A stretch of DNA of 64,000 bases. Source: Takakia lepidozioides (taxonomy: Eukaryota; Plantae; Bryophyta). The stretch is taken from positions 18,414,001-18,478,000 of the forward strand of contig CM060732.1 of assembly GCA_030704615.1 (NCBI GenBank). The letters are read 5' to 3'. A model generated the notes under the pieces. The model was not told the origin of the DNA, ran no database searches, and saw only the letters and a program-made list of their open reading frames with translations. This document shows positions 35,654-48,525 of this stretch, one piece after another. The first letter of the stretch is position 1, and every line of letters begins with the position of its first letter. The position numbers and the translations under genes are program-made.

Positions 35654-36504
35654 TTAACTTAGATTTTGTATGGGGGGAAATGGCAGAAGGGCCGAGTCAG
35701 CTGCCCTTCACCAGCGTAAAGAACCAACCTGCCCCTCCATGGCCCCTCCAAAATAGTCATCTTCCGAATTTCGTAAGGCCCTAGGCTAGGAGTCATACGC
35801 CTGGAGTAAGCAAGGTCCGTCCTCACAACTTTTTTACTTTTCTTTAAATGGGGAAAGTAGCCCGAAATGTATTACAAGGTAAGGAAAAAAATAACCTTAC
35901 AAAAGGTGCCATTGAGGCTGAGAAAGGGGACACTGCCCCCTGACCAAACTACTCTAACAACAAAAGGGGGAGGGAGGAAGAGAGGACAAGAGGACCAGAT
36001 ATCAAAGGAGGCCCAGAAAGCGAGACTGAACAGAAGACCCAAAAACTAGTAGCTCCCTCATTTCCGTTTGTAAGGTTCACAAAAGAGATGAGCCTTAGAC
36101 ACGCCCCTCCTTAAAGCTCCTAGGGTGCCGCCACTTAACCTCTGCCTCATCCCCATCAGCCGGCGAAACTCTAACTTAGCACTATGTGAACTGCCAGCAT
36201 GCTGTGCTCTCCTTCTGGCAAAGAGCTTCCGCCATAACCCGCCAAGCCTTGAGAAAGCAACAATTTTAACAAAGGGAATTTACATTTGGTCTTTTATGTT
36301 TTCTTAAACTTTTTTTTATCAGTTTCTTGTAGGGAATATGATGACGTGACTGCCTTAGGAAGCCAACACAGTAAGACACTCAATCTACCAGGGTTAAACA
36401 GGTGTGCTGATGACACTCAAAAGAACGCACATGATGTGTGCTACAAGTAAAGCTTCCAAACATTACAAGGAAAAAGCCTATGCACCAATTTCTTACCCTA
36501 ATCA

Positions 36505-36662
36505 AATTAAGAGTAACATCCGACTCTGTGTTCGAATATTTTCTACAACATTGTTAGAAAAAAAAAAACTTACTTGAAGAATAATTAATTGAGAGTAACA
36601 TCGGACTCTACGTCCAAAGATTTTCTACAACATTGTTAGAAAAAATAATCTTACTTGAAGAA
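36505..36662. repeat. Degenerate tandem duplication, 2 x about 82 bp
   Basis: agagtaacatc.gactct...ttttctacaacattgttagaaaaaa...cttacttgaagaa occurs twice. Confidence 0.8.
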
Positions 36663-38890
36663 ACACAGAGATTAAGAGGAGACGACTTGCGTAAGTAAGA
36701 GCCACTTCCCCTTGCACATAATATTGCCCATTTCTAGTTGGCCAGGCTGCTCCCTCCAATACAATGTATCTCTATATTGATGGAAATGAGGGTTATAATG
36801 GAGTAATGAATACCAGGAGACTGATAATAGCCAGTGGCATCTTCCTTCCTAACTTGCTATCAATGGACTGTAGTCCCATGCATGAGAGAGAAGGAGTAAG
36901 TTAGGTATAATCTTTCCTTTGCAGGCTTCTGCATGTCAGCGGGCCATCACCATCTATTCAATAATTTGCATAGGGGGATCCATCCAGTCAGTGCCAGCAG
37001 CCTTGACTTGTGAAATTGAAACTGCTGTGTATATTGAAAATCCAGACTGAGTTCTGATTACCTTTGAGAATTTTATAAAATTTATGAAACCAGGTGAGGT
37101 TTTTTATTTATTTATTTATTTAAAGAGGGATGGTGGCCTCGAAGCTTTATAGATATGCGCGTAAAGATCGCGAAATACATCCGAAGAAAGAGTCAAAATG
37201 GGGATGATAGTGGAGGAAAAAATAACCTCCAAAGAGAGCCGTGAAGGCTTGACGCATGGGGTACACCCAGATGACCGAAGGGGGAAGTAAAGATGACGAA
37301 CTAAAGTGCAACAGATCCCTGCTCAATGTAGAGACTAGGGCTGACTAGCAATGAACCAGCTAGTTAGCCAGAAGCACCAAGCAAGGTGCCCTACTGCAGA
37401 ATGAGATGGGGACCAAGTGCCCATGCCAAAAACCTGAAGCATCAATACCACTGCACTATGCTCCAAAGTCCAACTGAACCTTCGATTTGTATGAACTCAG
37501 CTTCTGGTGACGCCAATTGACATCCTGTGCCTCAGACTCAGCTGGTGATTTGCCAAGCCCTGGGGAAGTTGTCATTCCAAACGATTCGAGTGTCAGAGAT
37601 CTGGGTACAGATGATACTGTCTTTAGCCCAGGTGATGTCGAAGTCCGAGAACAGCTGTTGCCTCCTCCTTTCATTACACTTGCTGGAATCTACAAAGCAA
37701 TACCCGCCACGCCTTATGGCCCTCAATCACCAGCTCTGCATAAATTTTGCATAGAACCGCTCTGATACTGGGGCTGACCGGTCTTGGAGCACAAGTTGCA
37801 AAGAGGTAGACCAATGAAGAACACAAAAAAAAACAAATAAACAAATAAACATGCTAGTGTTTGCCCGTTTGCCCTCTCTACTAGCAAATATCCTAGTTAT
37901 CAAATTATTGTACCCTTCCTTATTACCCGGCCATTGAATAGATTTACCCTGAGGGTAAGGGTATCCTTCGAAATTTCAAACCCCAGGGTATAATCCCTTA
38001 AGGGTATAACAAAAATAATTATCCTCGACAAGGGTAGGGTAAGGGTATTTTTGAATTTCCAGGGTAGGGTATATCCATATACCCTTATTGGGTTTTACCC
38101 TTAGGGTATAATGGCAGAAAAATGGTATCCTCCCAACACTGGTTTTTACCTACCCAAGGAGCCTTGCATGGTGCATGTCTTGGGTTACTTACAGGAATTT
38201 GAACATGATTTTTCAGCACACAAGATGCTTGCTTATATGCTTGTCTTGTTGTCATGACATGTACATAAACAAACCCCGCCCTCCCACCCTGTTTAATCAT
38301 GAATGATTGGGTGAAATCAATTGGGAAGTCATGACAAGAATGGAGGTGTTAGATGGTGCCATGTTTATGGGCTGTTTATGTCTTTAATTGACAATGACCC
38401 TACTGGGTCTTGTCCATGTCTTGACATGACATGAGTAACTTCCATCTCTCCCTCTCTCCATCTCTCTCCTTCTTTTCCCTCATCTCTCCCTCTGTCCCAT
38501 GAAGATGTGGAGAGAGAAGGAGAAAGGGAGAAAGAAGGAGTGAGGAGGGGAAAAAAAACTAAAAAAGAAGGTGGGGGGGGGGGGGGGGTGTGACTCAGCA
38601 GCACCAACATCTGAGCAACAGCTGCTGAGTCACTCCCCTCGGTCTTTGGCTCTTAGGTTTTAAGGGTTACATAGTTTAGTTTAGGGTTAGTTATAATATA
38701 GTTAGTTTAGGATTAGCTGCAATATAGTTTTGTTTTTAGGGTTTGGTTTTGTTGTGGGGTGGGGTGGGGACATATGGCTTTACGTTTGTAGGGTTTTTTT
38801 TTCAAGTTTTTCCAAGGGTTGGGAGTGTAACTCCTCCGGAGGTTACAGTGGGTCACAATACGGTACTCTACCTCTCTCTCGTGCTAGGTC

Positions 38891-40693
38891 ATGCCACGTG
38901 TTTATCGACGTGTCACGCTTGAGGATTCGTTGCCGGCTGTGCCACAACCACCTGCTGAGGGCGAGACAGCACGTTCGCCTCGTCTACGAATTAGGCGGCA
39001 TCGCCATGTCCGCACAGCTTTGCCCCCACGACCACCACCCCGAGGTCATAGGCCGCCAAGTCCAGAGGCACGAGCCCCGGGGAGACCCCGCCGGGACCGC
39101 CTCCCCAAGATTGAGTGTTGGTGCAGTTGGTGTTGGGCACGACTACCGGTTGGGAGGACCACACCGATGATGCGGCGACCCCATGTTGTGTAAAAACATT
39201 ACGCCAAGTACGAGATTGCTGATGCAGCAAAGGTAAGTCGTCCATATATCTTCTCACGTACTCCTCAATTAAAAGTACTATATCTAATGAAACCTCGCGT
39301 TTGTGAATTGAGTATGGATGCATTTCATATCATGCATCTTGCAGCCCCATCTTGATGTCCAAGCTCGCAATTTTTTTGCTGAAGAGGAATACCGATACGG
39401 GTTTCTTCCTTCTTACGAGCCCCACCCCGTTCCAGATGTGAACATTTTTTTCTCGCAACATGACGTAGATGCAGTTTGTGAGGTAGCGGGGTACGATGCG
39501 TGTTTTTCTATTTTTGGGCACTAGGCTAGGTGCTTGCCACCTACGCACACAAATTCGTCATCCTCGACATCGGCACCCCCATCATCCGCATCGTCCGTTC
39601 CTCCTATTGTAGATGGTCTTTCCTCATCACCATTGCCATCCGAGGTCCCTCATACCGACCGGCTACGTGTCCCTTCCTCTCCATTGCCGAAACCACAACT
39701 GCCACCGAGTCTGAGTTCGACATCCTCGACATCGACACCCCCATCATCACCATCATCCGCATCGTCCGTTCCTCCTATTGTACATGTTATTTCTTCATCA
39801 CCATTGCCATCCCGGCCATCTCGGCCAGTACTACCTCCACTTGAGATCCCTCATACCAACCTACGTGGTCTCTTCCCCTCCATTGCCGAGACCACAGCCG
39901 CCACCGAGTCCGTATCCGGGTCCTCCGGCAGAACCCAGATGGATCCCACCACCTTTGGGGACTGTGTATGACTGGGACCAATGGATCACTAGGTTCTCAC
40001 TCCGGGAGAAGGACCCCCGAAGTGATGGACGGGCGCCACCCCCTAGGAGAGGTGGACCGAAGTTGTTTCGCACGGTTGGTTCGCGCCTTCGCCGGCCTGA
40101 TGACGGCACCATACGTCATCGTGGTGCTAGGGAGCTATTCACGATGGGAGTCCAACCCCATTTCTACCAATGTCTTGTGTCTTGTCCAGTTCCGATTCCC
40201 GAGGGTGAGCCCTTTCTTTTTTGGGGTCGCATGTGTTGCGTGATGGAGGCAATGGACCCTAGTATGGGTTGCGGATTTTTTTTTATAGAGGATGTAGTTT
40301 TGGGGGGGGGGAGAGGATTCTGTGGATTTGTTCTCCTATTTTGGGCCGAGGTACACCCACCGGGAGTGGCAATTATTGCAGACACACGGCCTTGGGTCCT
40401 TGATCCATCCTTACATCCTTGTTGTGAACGACAATGATGTAAGGGCGAGAAATTTGGGCCGCAAAACCCATATTTATTGTGACGGAAACCCCGATGTGTA
40501 CAGCAACGTGGCTGGGCTCATCAACAGTTCAGTTACCTTACCGCCGGGCCACACCGCCAACGTGTTTTGGGATGAGCGCCATGACGGGGATAGTAGATTG
40601 GACCCTAACATCACCACTTTTGTGATGACATGTGCAAGGAGGACTATTAGGGCTGGAGAGGAGTTGTTTGCAGAGTATGACTTTAGGCGTTAG
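38891..40693 (+). pseudogene. SET-domain protein gene with Pro/Ser-rich N-terminus, TE-associated, disrupted
   Basis: MGCGFF (GxG), YCDGNP...NVAGLINSS...ANV and RTIRAGEELFAEY followed by a stop match SET motifs. Exon 1 has CWCSWC...H; intron about 39233-39344. Lesions: TAG at 39522 and frameshifts near 39180, 39865 and in homopolymers at 40276-40311. Confidence 0.75.
39559..39910 (+). repeat. Internal duplication (about 150-190 bp x 2) in the Pro/Ser-rich linker of the SET gene
   Basis: catcctcgacatcg.cacccccatcatc...ccattgccga.accaca.c.gccaccgagtc at 39559-39711 and 39721-39910. Confidence 0.8.
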
Positions 40694-41302
40694 CCGACTT
40701 TCATCATTTGTAGATGGACATAGGAAGACATTTTGTATATTGAGGTGGCTTCCTCCACCGTGTATATATATACATAGGCATTGATGTGTATTTGGATGCA
40801 GTTTTTCATGCTATATTCAAGGGAGTTTGGGTGGACGTTATATGTGAATTTGGGTATTTTGAATTATATAGTGTCTCCTTCATGTGGTGAAGCAATGTAT
40901 GTATTCCCCTCGTGTGTACAATGTGTACTTTGGGTTTTATCCTGTATGATAATGAACAACGCCATGTATGGAAATTGATAATGACATGGTTGTTTTTGGG
41001 CATCTTAGGATGCCGGCCACAACCCCACGACGTTAATTCATGAAGTTCATGATCTTGTCATGAACTGGGATTTTGTTCCTTCGGAGGGGGGTGTGTATCA
41101 AAGGGACCTGACAATTAAAAAAAAAAGACCATATCATGTTGGCTGCCATTGTACCGTATGAGTGTTCCCATTTCATGCTTATTATTACTTTGGATTTTAC
41201 ATTAATCTTCTTTTCTTTGGCGCAATTCCGATGGAAGATTGATGAGTGATGTAATCATGTAGTAAGATGTGTCATTCGTTATGAAGTATAATTAGCATAC
41301 AG

Positions 41303-43695
41303 GACTTACTGTTTGCTCGGGGTTGAGCACTAAAGGGTACCACACATGCCTGCATTGTGGCGATGAACTTGATGCACAAAGCTCCAACAATCTTCGCAAG
41401 ATGGTGTATCCCAACTACCGCAAGTTTTTTCCTATGAGCCATCATTGGAGAAGAAGAGACAAACACTTATTTGATGGCAAAGTGGAGTTACGTCCCCCAC
41501 ATGTGACACCATCCGGGCACTTTTGGGAAGACCGATGGAAGAAGGCTCATCCGGAGGGGTCTGGTGAAGTGGAGGTGCGCGGCATGAAGCGGCTTTCAAT
41601 CTTCTACGAGTTGCCATATTGGGCAGTATATATTCCACAAAAACACCATCAATATTGCTATGCATGCATGTGATATTGCATGTTTTGTATGATTTCCATT
41701 GTCACTTTCACGACAAAATAGACGTGTAAGAATTTGTGGGTGGGGATATGTGTAGGACCTGAAGATTCGTCATCTTCTAGATCCCATGCATATTGAGAAT
41801 AATGTTTGCTCGTCCTTTTTTCGTGTTCTTTATGGCACGCCGGCAAAGAATGGAGTGGCTGCGAAAAGAGATTCTCTCGGTGTTAGAAAGGAACTTGAGG
41901 AGCAGGGTCGCATGCCCCATCTATGGGCCGAAGAAAATGGTGTGGACCTAAAGGGTGTTGTACGGTGGAAGTATAGGCGTGCACCTTGGCAATGGACAAA
42001 GGAGGAATACAAAAAAGTGATAGCCACCATAGGAGCTGTCCGAACATCAACTGGTTATGGGTCATCCCTCCGTATGAAGTTCAACGAAGACGGGGTCCAT
42101 GGTTTGAAGTCTCATGACTACCACAATCTATTGCAAGACATCTTGCCCATTGCAGTACGTGGGACATTGACTCCCGAGGTTCGCGAGACGGTCTATAGAT
42201 TGGGAGCATTGTTCCGGTGGATTTGCTCCAAAGAGTTGGAGGAAGCGCACTTTCCACGCATGAAGAAGGAGGCGGCGGTGGTCATGTGTATGTTAGAGAT
42301 GCACCTTCCTCCCTCCTTCTTTGACATCCACGTGCACTTGGTAGTGCACTTAGTGGAAGAGGCTTCGATTGCCGGCCCCGTTCATTCTCGGTGGATGTAC
42401 TACCTTGAGCGATACATGAAGACTTTGAAAGCACATGTAAGACAAATGGCACACCCGGAGGGTAGCATGGCGGAGGGGTATACATTGCAAGAGGCTATGT
42501 TCTACTACATGGAGTACTTGGCAAGGGTGGATAAGGAAGCCCCTCCGATGTGGAAGGAAGATGAGGATATACGAACCAAGGACATCGTTTTGCCCAAAAA
42601 TTCAAAGAGGGTAAAATTACCCATCATGGTGATTAACCAAGCGCATGAGTACATACTGAAGAACACCCCATCCATACATGAGTGGGAGACAAGATACAAT
42701 AATCTTGTTCAGCAACGACAGGAGGAGACGGTTGCGTGGAGGCGGAACCATGCAAAAACGACTACACGCGCTCCGCGAGCAAGGGGCCGGGGTAGGAATA
42801 TGCCTTCATAAGAATTGCCCATGGAATTGCAGCCTCTAAGTTCATTCCGCCATTGGCTTCGGACTGAAGTAGAGGATAGCATTGCGAAAGGTGAGGTGGT
42901 TTCAGATTTGGTGCAAGACATTGCAAGGGGCCCCTCTCAATTTGCGACCTCATACACGGCGGTTTGGGTTCATGGTCGTCATTTCCGCATTCGTGCTCTT
43001 GACATGAAGCGCAAAACAACGGCTTGTGTGCCTCATATTAGCAAGACTCCGTGTGGGGCAGGGGAGATACACGACCATGCGCACACTCAACTACTTTGGA
43101 GAGCTTGAGAGCATACTCCAACTTCAGTATACAAGGCACCAGCCTCTTATCTTCAAGACAAGGTGGTTCCAGCCACATCTTGTGGGGCCATCCGCAACAA
43201 TAGTGGAAGACGAGTCTGGTTTCATGCGCGTCAATACAGATAGGCTCGAGTTTACTTATCGTCCCTCCGATGAGCATTTTTCATGGCCTTCAGACATAGA
43301 GCAAGTTTTCTTTTCCGGATCGGAAGGTGGTTGTGCATGCTCACCCAAGAGGAAGACGTATCTATCATGATCGGGGATCTACATGGGGCGAGGCAAATGC
43401 GGAGGAGGAAGAGACTGGTCATGGTGACACTGATGTTGGCTGAGGTTGGATAAAGGGGATACAAGAGAATGATGACGCCCCGGACAATGTATCCCGGACC
43501 CTATACGATGAGGCTCCATTAGATGCGGATGTTGGAGAAGAAGATGAAGACATGGTCATTGAAACCGAGGTGGAAGATGATTCAGATATGTCTTTTGGTG
43601 ACCAGGCCATTTATGACAATGATTTTGATGAGCAAGAAGACTTGCAGCTTGATGATGACGAAGAAGCTCCGGATAATGATGTTCAAGTTGATTAG
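41303..43695 (+). pseudogene. CACTA (En/Spm) TnpD/Tnp2-type transposase, N-terminally deleted and decayed
   Basis: KGYHTCLHC, SIFYELPYW, intron, LDPMHIENNV, GLKSHDYH, PPSFFDIHVHL, GPVHSRWMY...ERYM, HPEGSMAEGY (DUF4218-like), then NYFGELESI...FKTRWF (DUF4216-like) and an acidic tail. TIRs not identified. Confidence 0.92.
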
Positions 43696-44409
43696 ACACG
43701 TAATCAAAGCTATATAATAATTCTCGCACAGAATTGTACCCATCCCTTCGATTGATTGTACATGTACATGCATGTAGCTTATTTCTATGATTGATTAATG
43801 AAAAATCCATGAAAAAAATCTTTTGTAGGTGTGGCGATCTATGAATGATTTTAGTGAAGTTGTGACTCGAAAAGTGACTCTAGGATTATTGAGTTTTTGT
43901 ACGAGGGCAAGAATGTTGGAAGACATGGTTCTTGTTCTACAAGTGCTAACCAAGACTTATCCCTGGAAACCCTTCAATCGATTTGGTTACCATGATCTCG
44001 ATGCAACAGAAAGAATCTTCGAAATTGGTGTGAAAGACAACAATGTTGCCAAAACCATTGCCAAAGCAATCTACCCTCAACCCTCTAATCCCATGGCCCT
44101 TCCCTTTTCCTTTCCTAGTGTCCCCACCCCCTCTTCTTGCCCTTTGTCTTTAACAATAAGGCCGCTGGGGTTGATCACGATCTCCCACATACAAGATAGA
44201 CCTATTATATTGTAGCACAAAATGAGGACTAAAAAGATTTGCAACAATGGATCCATTCAGCTTGGCCTCTGCCATGACCTTTGCTAAAGACAATATTGCG
44301 ATTTCCCGTCGTCGCAGAACTGTTGGGGCATCGCAATGCCGTCACAAGGCGACCCCTGAAGGTCGCAACCCCCTGCATTTACAATATCTATGATTGCGGA
44401 TTTTTCCTA

Positions 44410-44728
44410 CGCAATGATTTTTGTTTTGGCTCTATTTTGTTCTGTGAATGCAAACCCCAGACCACTACATCCATGGAAAAAACTGGACCAAACAAAAATA
44501 AAAATAAACAAAGAGTTTCCTTCACTCACTATTGCGGAACTCTCTATGGAGAGTGCATGAAGTTGAAAAGAACTAAACTTGGGAGTGCAAATAAGAGAAG
44601 AAAATATGGTTTTTAGTCCAAATGATTTTTGTTCACTCCCAAAATTTGCACACGCATTGCAAACGTTGTCATTAAGCATATGGCTTGGGAACGGAATAAA
44701 ACAAAATCATGTGCATGTGCAAAAAATC
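44410..44728 (+). repeat. Dispersed repeat of about 320 bp (further copies at about 52172-52480, 54028-54345, 57810-58122 and partial 59025-59184)
   Basis: All full copies share aatgattttgtttttggct, actctctatgaagagtgcatgaagtt, ttggagtgcaaa and similar 3' blocks in the same orientation. Confidence 0.85.
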
Positions 44729-44996
44729 ATCATCCCACCTGAGAGGATGAGGAGGAGGATGTGGCGGTGGCAAGGTTGCACACGTCAGTGACGTCACGTC
44801 GGACCTGACGCTGACGCGACCAACGTCACGTCTGTTTTGCCGAAAAATCAGTAAAACATGAGTTAGGTGAAAAATATGTCACGTAGGTGGACACGTTGTA
44901 TTCCAATCGACACCTTGGCAAGTGAATGAAATGTTTTATAAATTACTCAATCCGCCAATAATTGAGGTCATTTTTAAATCATTATTCTTAAATTGG

Positions 44997-45612
44997 TGCG
45001 ACCTCCAAATGGTGGTGGTTGCAGAATTTATCTTATTTTTTAATAGTTGCAACCATTAGCAGAGGGGTTGTTGCAACATTTTTTGTTTTTTAAAAATAGA
45101 TGCGACCACCAGTAGGGGTGGTCGCATTTTTTTTCTTTTTTTAAACAGTTGCGACCACTGCTACTGGTGGTCGCACAATTTTTATTTTATTTGTAATAGG
45201 TGCGACCACCGGCATGGGGGTGGTCGAAGAATTTTAATTGTTTTTTTTTTATTAAAAAAAATTCTCTGTGTCCACGAGCATGGGGGTGGTCGCAGCATTT
45301 TTCGTTTTTTTAATAGGTGCGACCACCAGCATGGGGGTGGTCGCAGAAATTTTGTATTTGTTTAATAGGTGCGACCACGAGCAGGGGGGTGGTCGCAGAA
45401 ATTTGATGTTTTTTTAATAGGTGCGACCACCAACAGGGAGGTGATCGCAGCAATTTTTATTTTTTTTATAAATAATCTCTGTGACCACGAGCATGGGGGT
45501 GGTCGCAAAAATTTTCTTTTTTTTAATAGGTGCGACCACCAGCATGAGGGTGGTCGCAGCAGTTTTTTTTTTAAAAAAAACATGCGACTTCTTCGTGCGA
45601 CCTGAAGCGATC
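44997..45612 (+). repeat. Palindromic TGCGACCACC-N6-8-GGTGGTCGCA array 1 (T-rich spacers), upstream of TATATAA at about 45663
   Basis: About a dozen hairpin units with a period of roughly 45-55 bp. Confidence 0.9.
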
Positions 45613-45981
45613 GCAGCATTGGATCTGATTTGTCGAGCGTGTGAGGCTTGGAGGCTGGAGGGTATATAAGATGGTCCCAATGCCCCTCACTTCTTTTGTG
45701 GCAAACACTTTTGTGGCGAGTGAATGTTCTCTATTCCTTGAGCAAGAGTGTAAGCCCAAGAGGAGGGTGCGGACCGTTTGCTGTTGTGGCTTCCACCAGA
45801 GCCACTGCAGCAAATTGTCGAAAAGCACAATACTACATGGTGCATTGATCCACTTGGATTGATGCCGTAGTACTGGGCCATCGTATTCTGTTCTAACTTC
45901 TATTGCTCTTGACAAATCTACCAAGTACACTAGTGTTCTTCGTTCAACTTTAAGTCTGTGATTAGGGTTTTGGGTGTGAGG

Positions 45982-47062
45982 ATGAGGGAGGAGTGGATCC
46001 CTTGATTCACCATAGACCCGCACAAAAAGGATGGTGTTCAATGCAATCTTTGTGCATTGAAGCTGGCGGGTCGCAAAGATCGCATGTTATATCACCTCGG
46101 CTACAAAGATAGGAAGAATGCAGGGGTTAGTTTATGCCCAAAAGCCTCCATGCAAGTGAAAGCCCACTTTGCCCAATGTGGAGGCAATATCCCCCCGTCT
46201 CTTGATGTGGCCGCGGCTTCTGAGCCAAATACTCCAGGTTCGAATCAAACTGTCATTTAGAGTTGTACCTAGGGGGATTCTTGCGAGGCGTCTACTGTTC
46301 GTGGAGAAGCCGGTGGATCAGGAGCAACACCCGATTGTACGCCAGCACTTGTACGGACCAGACCATTGAGGCAACAATCAATGCAAGAAGACTTAAAATT
46401 TTGTAGTAATCTGCGCTTCTAAGCCAACCGTGCTTCATCTCACCCTGCTCCATCTCATGTTTCTCTTTCTTAAGCCGGTCCATCCCATGCTGGTCCATCT
46501 AGTCTCTCTCCCCCTCATGTAATTCCTTCCATCGCTACTCCGATCCTGGGAGATGGTTCTTCTGCTGCGGGACTTCTGCAAGTCGAACCATCGGATGACG
46601 ACGACCGGCCATTGTTGTTTCATCTGGCCCGACGATGTCCGCATGTGAACCGTGCTCCCTCGACCCTCGCTGGTCCATCTCATGCCCCTTCCTCTCATGT
46701 CGGCCCCTCTGATGTACATGCGAGTAGCCTTTCTCATACGAGACCTGCTCCAAGGCCACCACGAAATCCGGGACAAGCCCAGAAACGGCAGAGAATTGTG
46801 CAACCTTTTGTTGGTGACCGACCTGTGAACAGGCCTGAAACTTAGATGGTATTAATGATATGAGTGGAAATCGACCAGAGAGACAACTGAACGTACTCTG
46901 AAGACGACTACAGGTCCAATGGCCAGTTGCCTCTGGAAACGAAAGAACAGATGGAGGTCATGATTCTAGCACTGATCATGGGAACGGGGGTGCAGTGAGT
47001 GGGGACGAAGATTTTGTACTAGATGTGAGATCATACCATCGTCGTCGTGGCAGACGGAATTA
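45982..47062 (+). pseudogene. Internally deleted hAT transposase (BED zinc finger plus low-complexity C-terminus)
   Basis: MREEWIP*FTIDPHKKDGVQCNLCALKLAGRKDRMLYHLG...VSLCPK matches the W/F-Cx2C-H-C BED pattern, followed by LRQQSMQE. No catalytic core follows. Confidence 0.65.
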
Positions 47063-47389
47063 GGTACAACTATAACTTCTGTGACTTGTCACATAATGTG
47101 TAGTATGTTTCCATGGATATCCATGTTTCAGTTTGGGTACATGCATACGTGTACGGAAATAAAAATGGTGGAATATATGTACCCAAGAAAGGGTTTGGTG
47201 GTTGTACGTGTGTTTGTGTTTCGTCATTACCTTTACATTGTTGATTTCCTATTATGGTTTTCGAAAGCCACAAAAGTCAGGTGCAGCTCCCAACATTCAT
47301 CTTCCCCTTCACAAATCCATGGAAAGTCGATACATGTGTTTTTCATCTGCCTCTCCAAACATACATACAGGTGCAAGGGAACCAACCTT

Positions 47390-48030
47390 CTGGTGGTCGC
47401 ACATATTTAAAAAAAAACAATTGTGTGACCACCAGTAGCGGTCGTCGCAACTGTTAAAATAAAATAAAAATGTTGCCACCACCCCCCTACCCGTAGTTGC
47501 ACCTATTTACTGATTTACTGATTACCCCTGCTGGTGGTCGCAGATTTTATTTTATTTTATTTTGGGAAACATCTGGGAGCGACAGCTCACAAATCAGGCC
47601 CTTTAGTAGTGAGAAGAGAAAATAACCTCTTTCATTTATGCGCCAAGAGGCGTAGATTTTCCTTTTCTTTAATAGATGCGACCACCAGCAGGGGGGTGGT
47701 CGTAGGGGGGTGGTCGCATAATTTTCCGATTTTTTAATATCTACCAACAGTCAGTAGCTCAGTTGGTTAAGTGCACTGAGTGTGACCCGAACGATTCTGG
47801 GGTCAAATCTTGCTACTTGATGGGTGTGGTATGGTTCGTGTGTGGTGCCCCATTGTGCGACCACCAGCAGGTGATGGTCGCATCTATTTGTTTTAAACAA
47901 ATCTCTGTGACCACCCCTCTGCTGGTGGTCGCGCCTATTAACAAAAAACATTATGCGACCACCTCTCTGCTGATTAAAAAAACAAAAATCTGCGACCACC
48001 CCCCTGCTGGTGGTCGCACATAATAAATAA

Positions 48031-48079
<49 letters not shown>

Positions 48080-48101
48080 ACCACCCCTGCTGGCGGTCGC
48101 A
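47390..48101. repeat. Palindromic TGCGACCACC array 2, with (TA)n at about 48036-48076, upstream of TTATAA at about 48161
   Basis: Same motif as arrays 1 and 3, but internal to the element. Confidence 0.9.
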
Positions 48102-48525
48102 GTTATTACTAGCGTGCGCAGTCATGATGACAGCGCGCGCCCCGAGTGTGGAGGGGGGGCTTATAAGGCCTTGGAGGCCATTCTCTCTCTCACTTTTCTC
48201 CACACCAGGACTTGGTGGGCGATGGGATGTTGCATTCCTTGTCATTGAGTCCAAGTGGAGAGGGGTGCTATTGGTTGGGTGAGGGGTATTTTGGGCTGTT
48301 GGATTCTACGAAATCGATGTTGAGTACCTCCCGGGAAGCCCTCCTCTAGCACCCACGTTTTTTTTCATATTGCGTCATATCACTTAGAACTGCCGAGGGA
48401 GTGACACGTGCCTCTAGTACTTGAGGAGGATTAATTAGGGAGTAGGATTAGGTACGATTTAGAAGGGTTGGGAGAGCATTTTTCTTAGCAAACACCTGTC
48501 GAGTAGGGGTAAGCCAAAGCCATAA

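Noticed and set aside
36700-37800. Coding-like minus-strand stretches
   Set aside because: Multiple stops and no recognisable motif; cannot be assigned without a search.
37854-38142. TACCCT/AGGGTA-rich segment with TAGTGTT...AACACTG ends, suggestive of a hAT MITE
   Set aside because: The terminal match is short and the flanks show no 8-bp duplication.
38655-38830. TTTAGGG-like motifs as interstitial telomere
   Set aside because: Only scattered imperfect copies, typical of telo-box-rich leaders rather than a tandem array.
43849-43856. TTTTAGTG as a right CACTA terminus (and CACTA at 57501 as a left terminus)
   Set aside because: No partner end with a matching 3-bp TSD was found in the window, so element boundaries are not claimed.
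44997-45612. CRISPR-like look of palindromic repeats separated by spacers (also 47390-48101 and 56720-57123)
   Set aside because: The spacers are mutually similar A/T tracts of variable length, the repeats are degenerate, there are no cas genes, and the context is a plant transposon.
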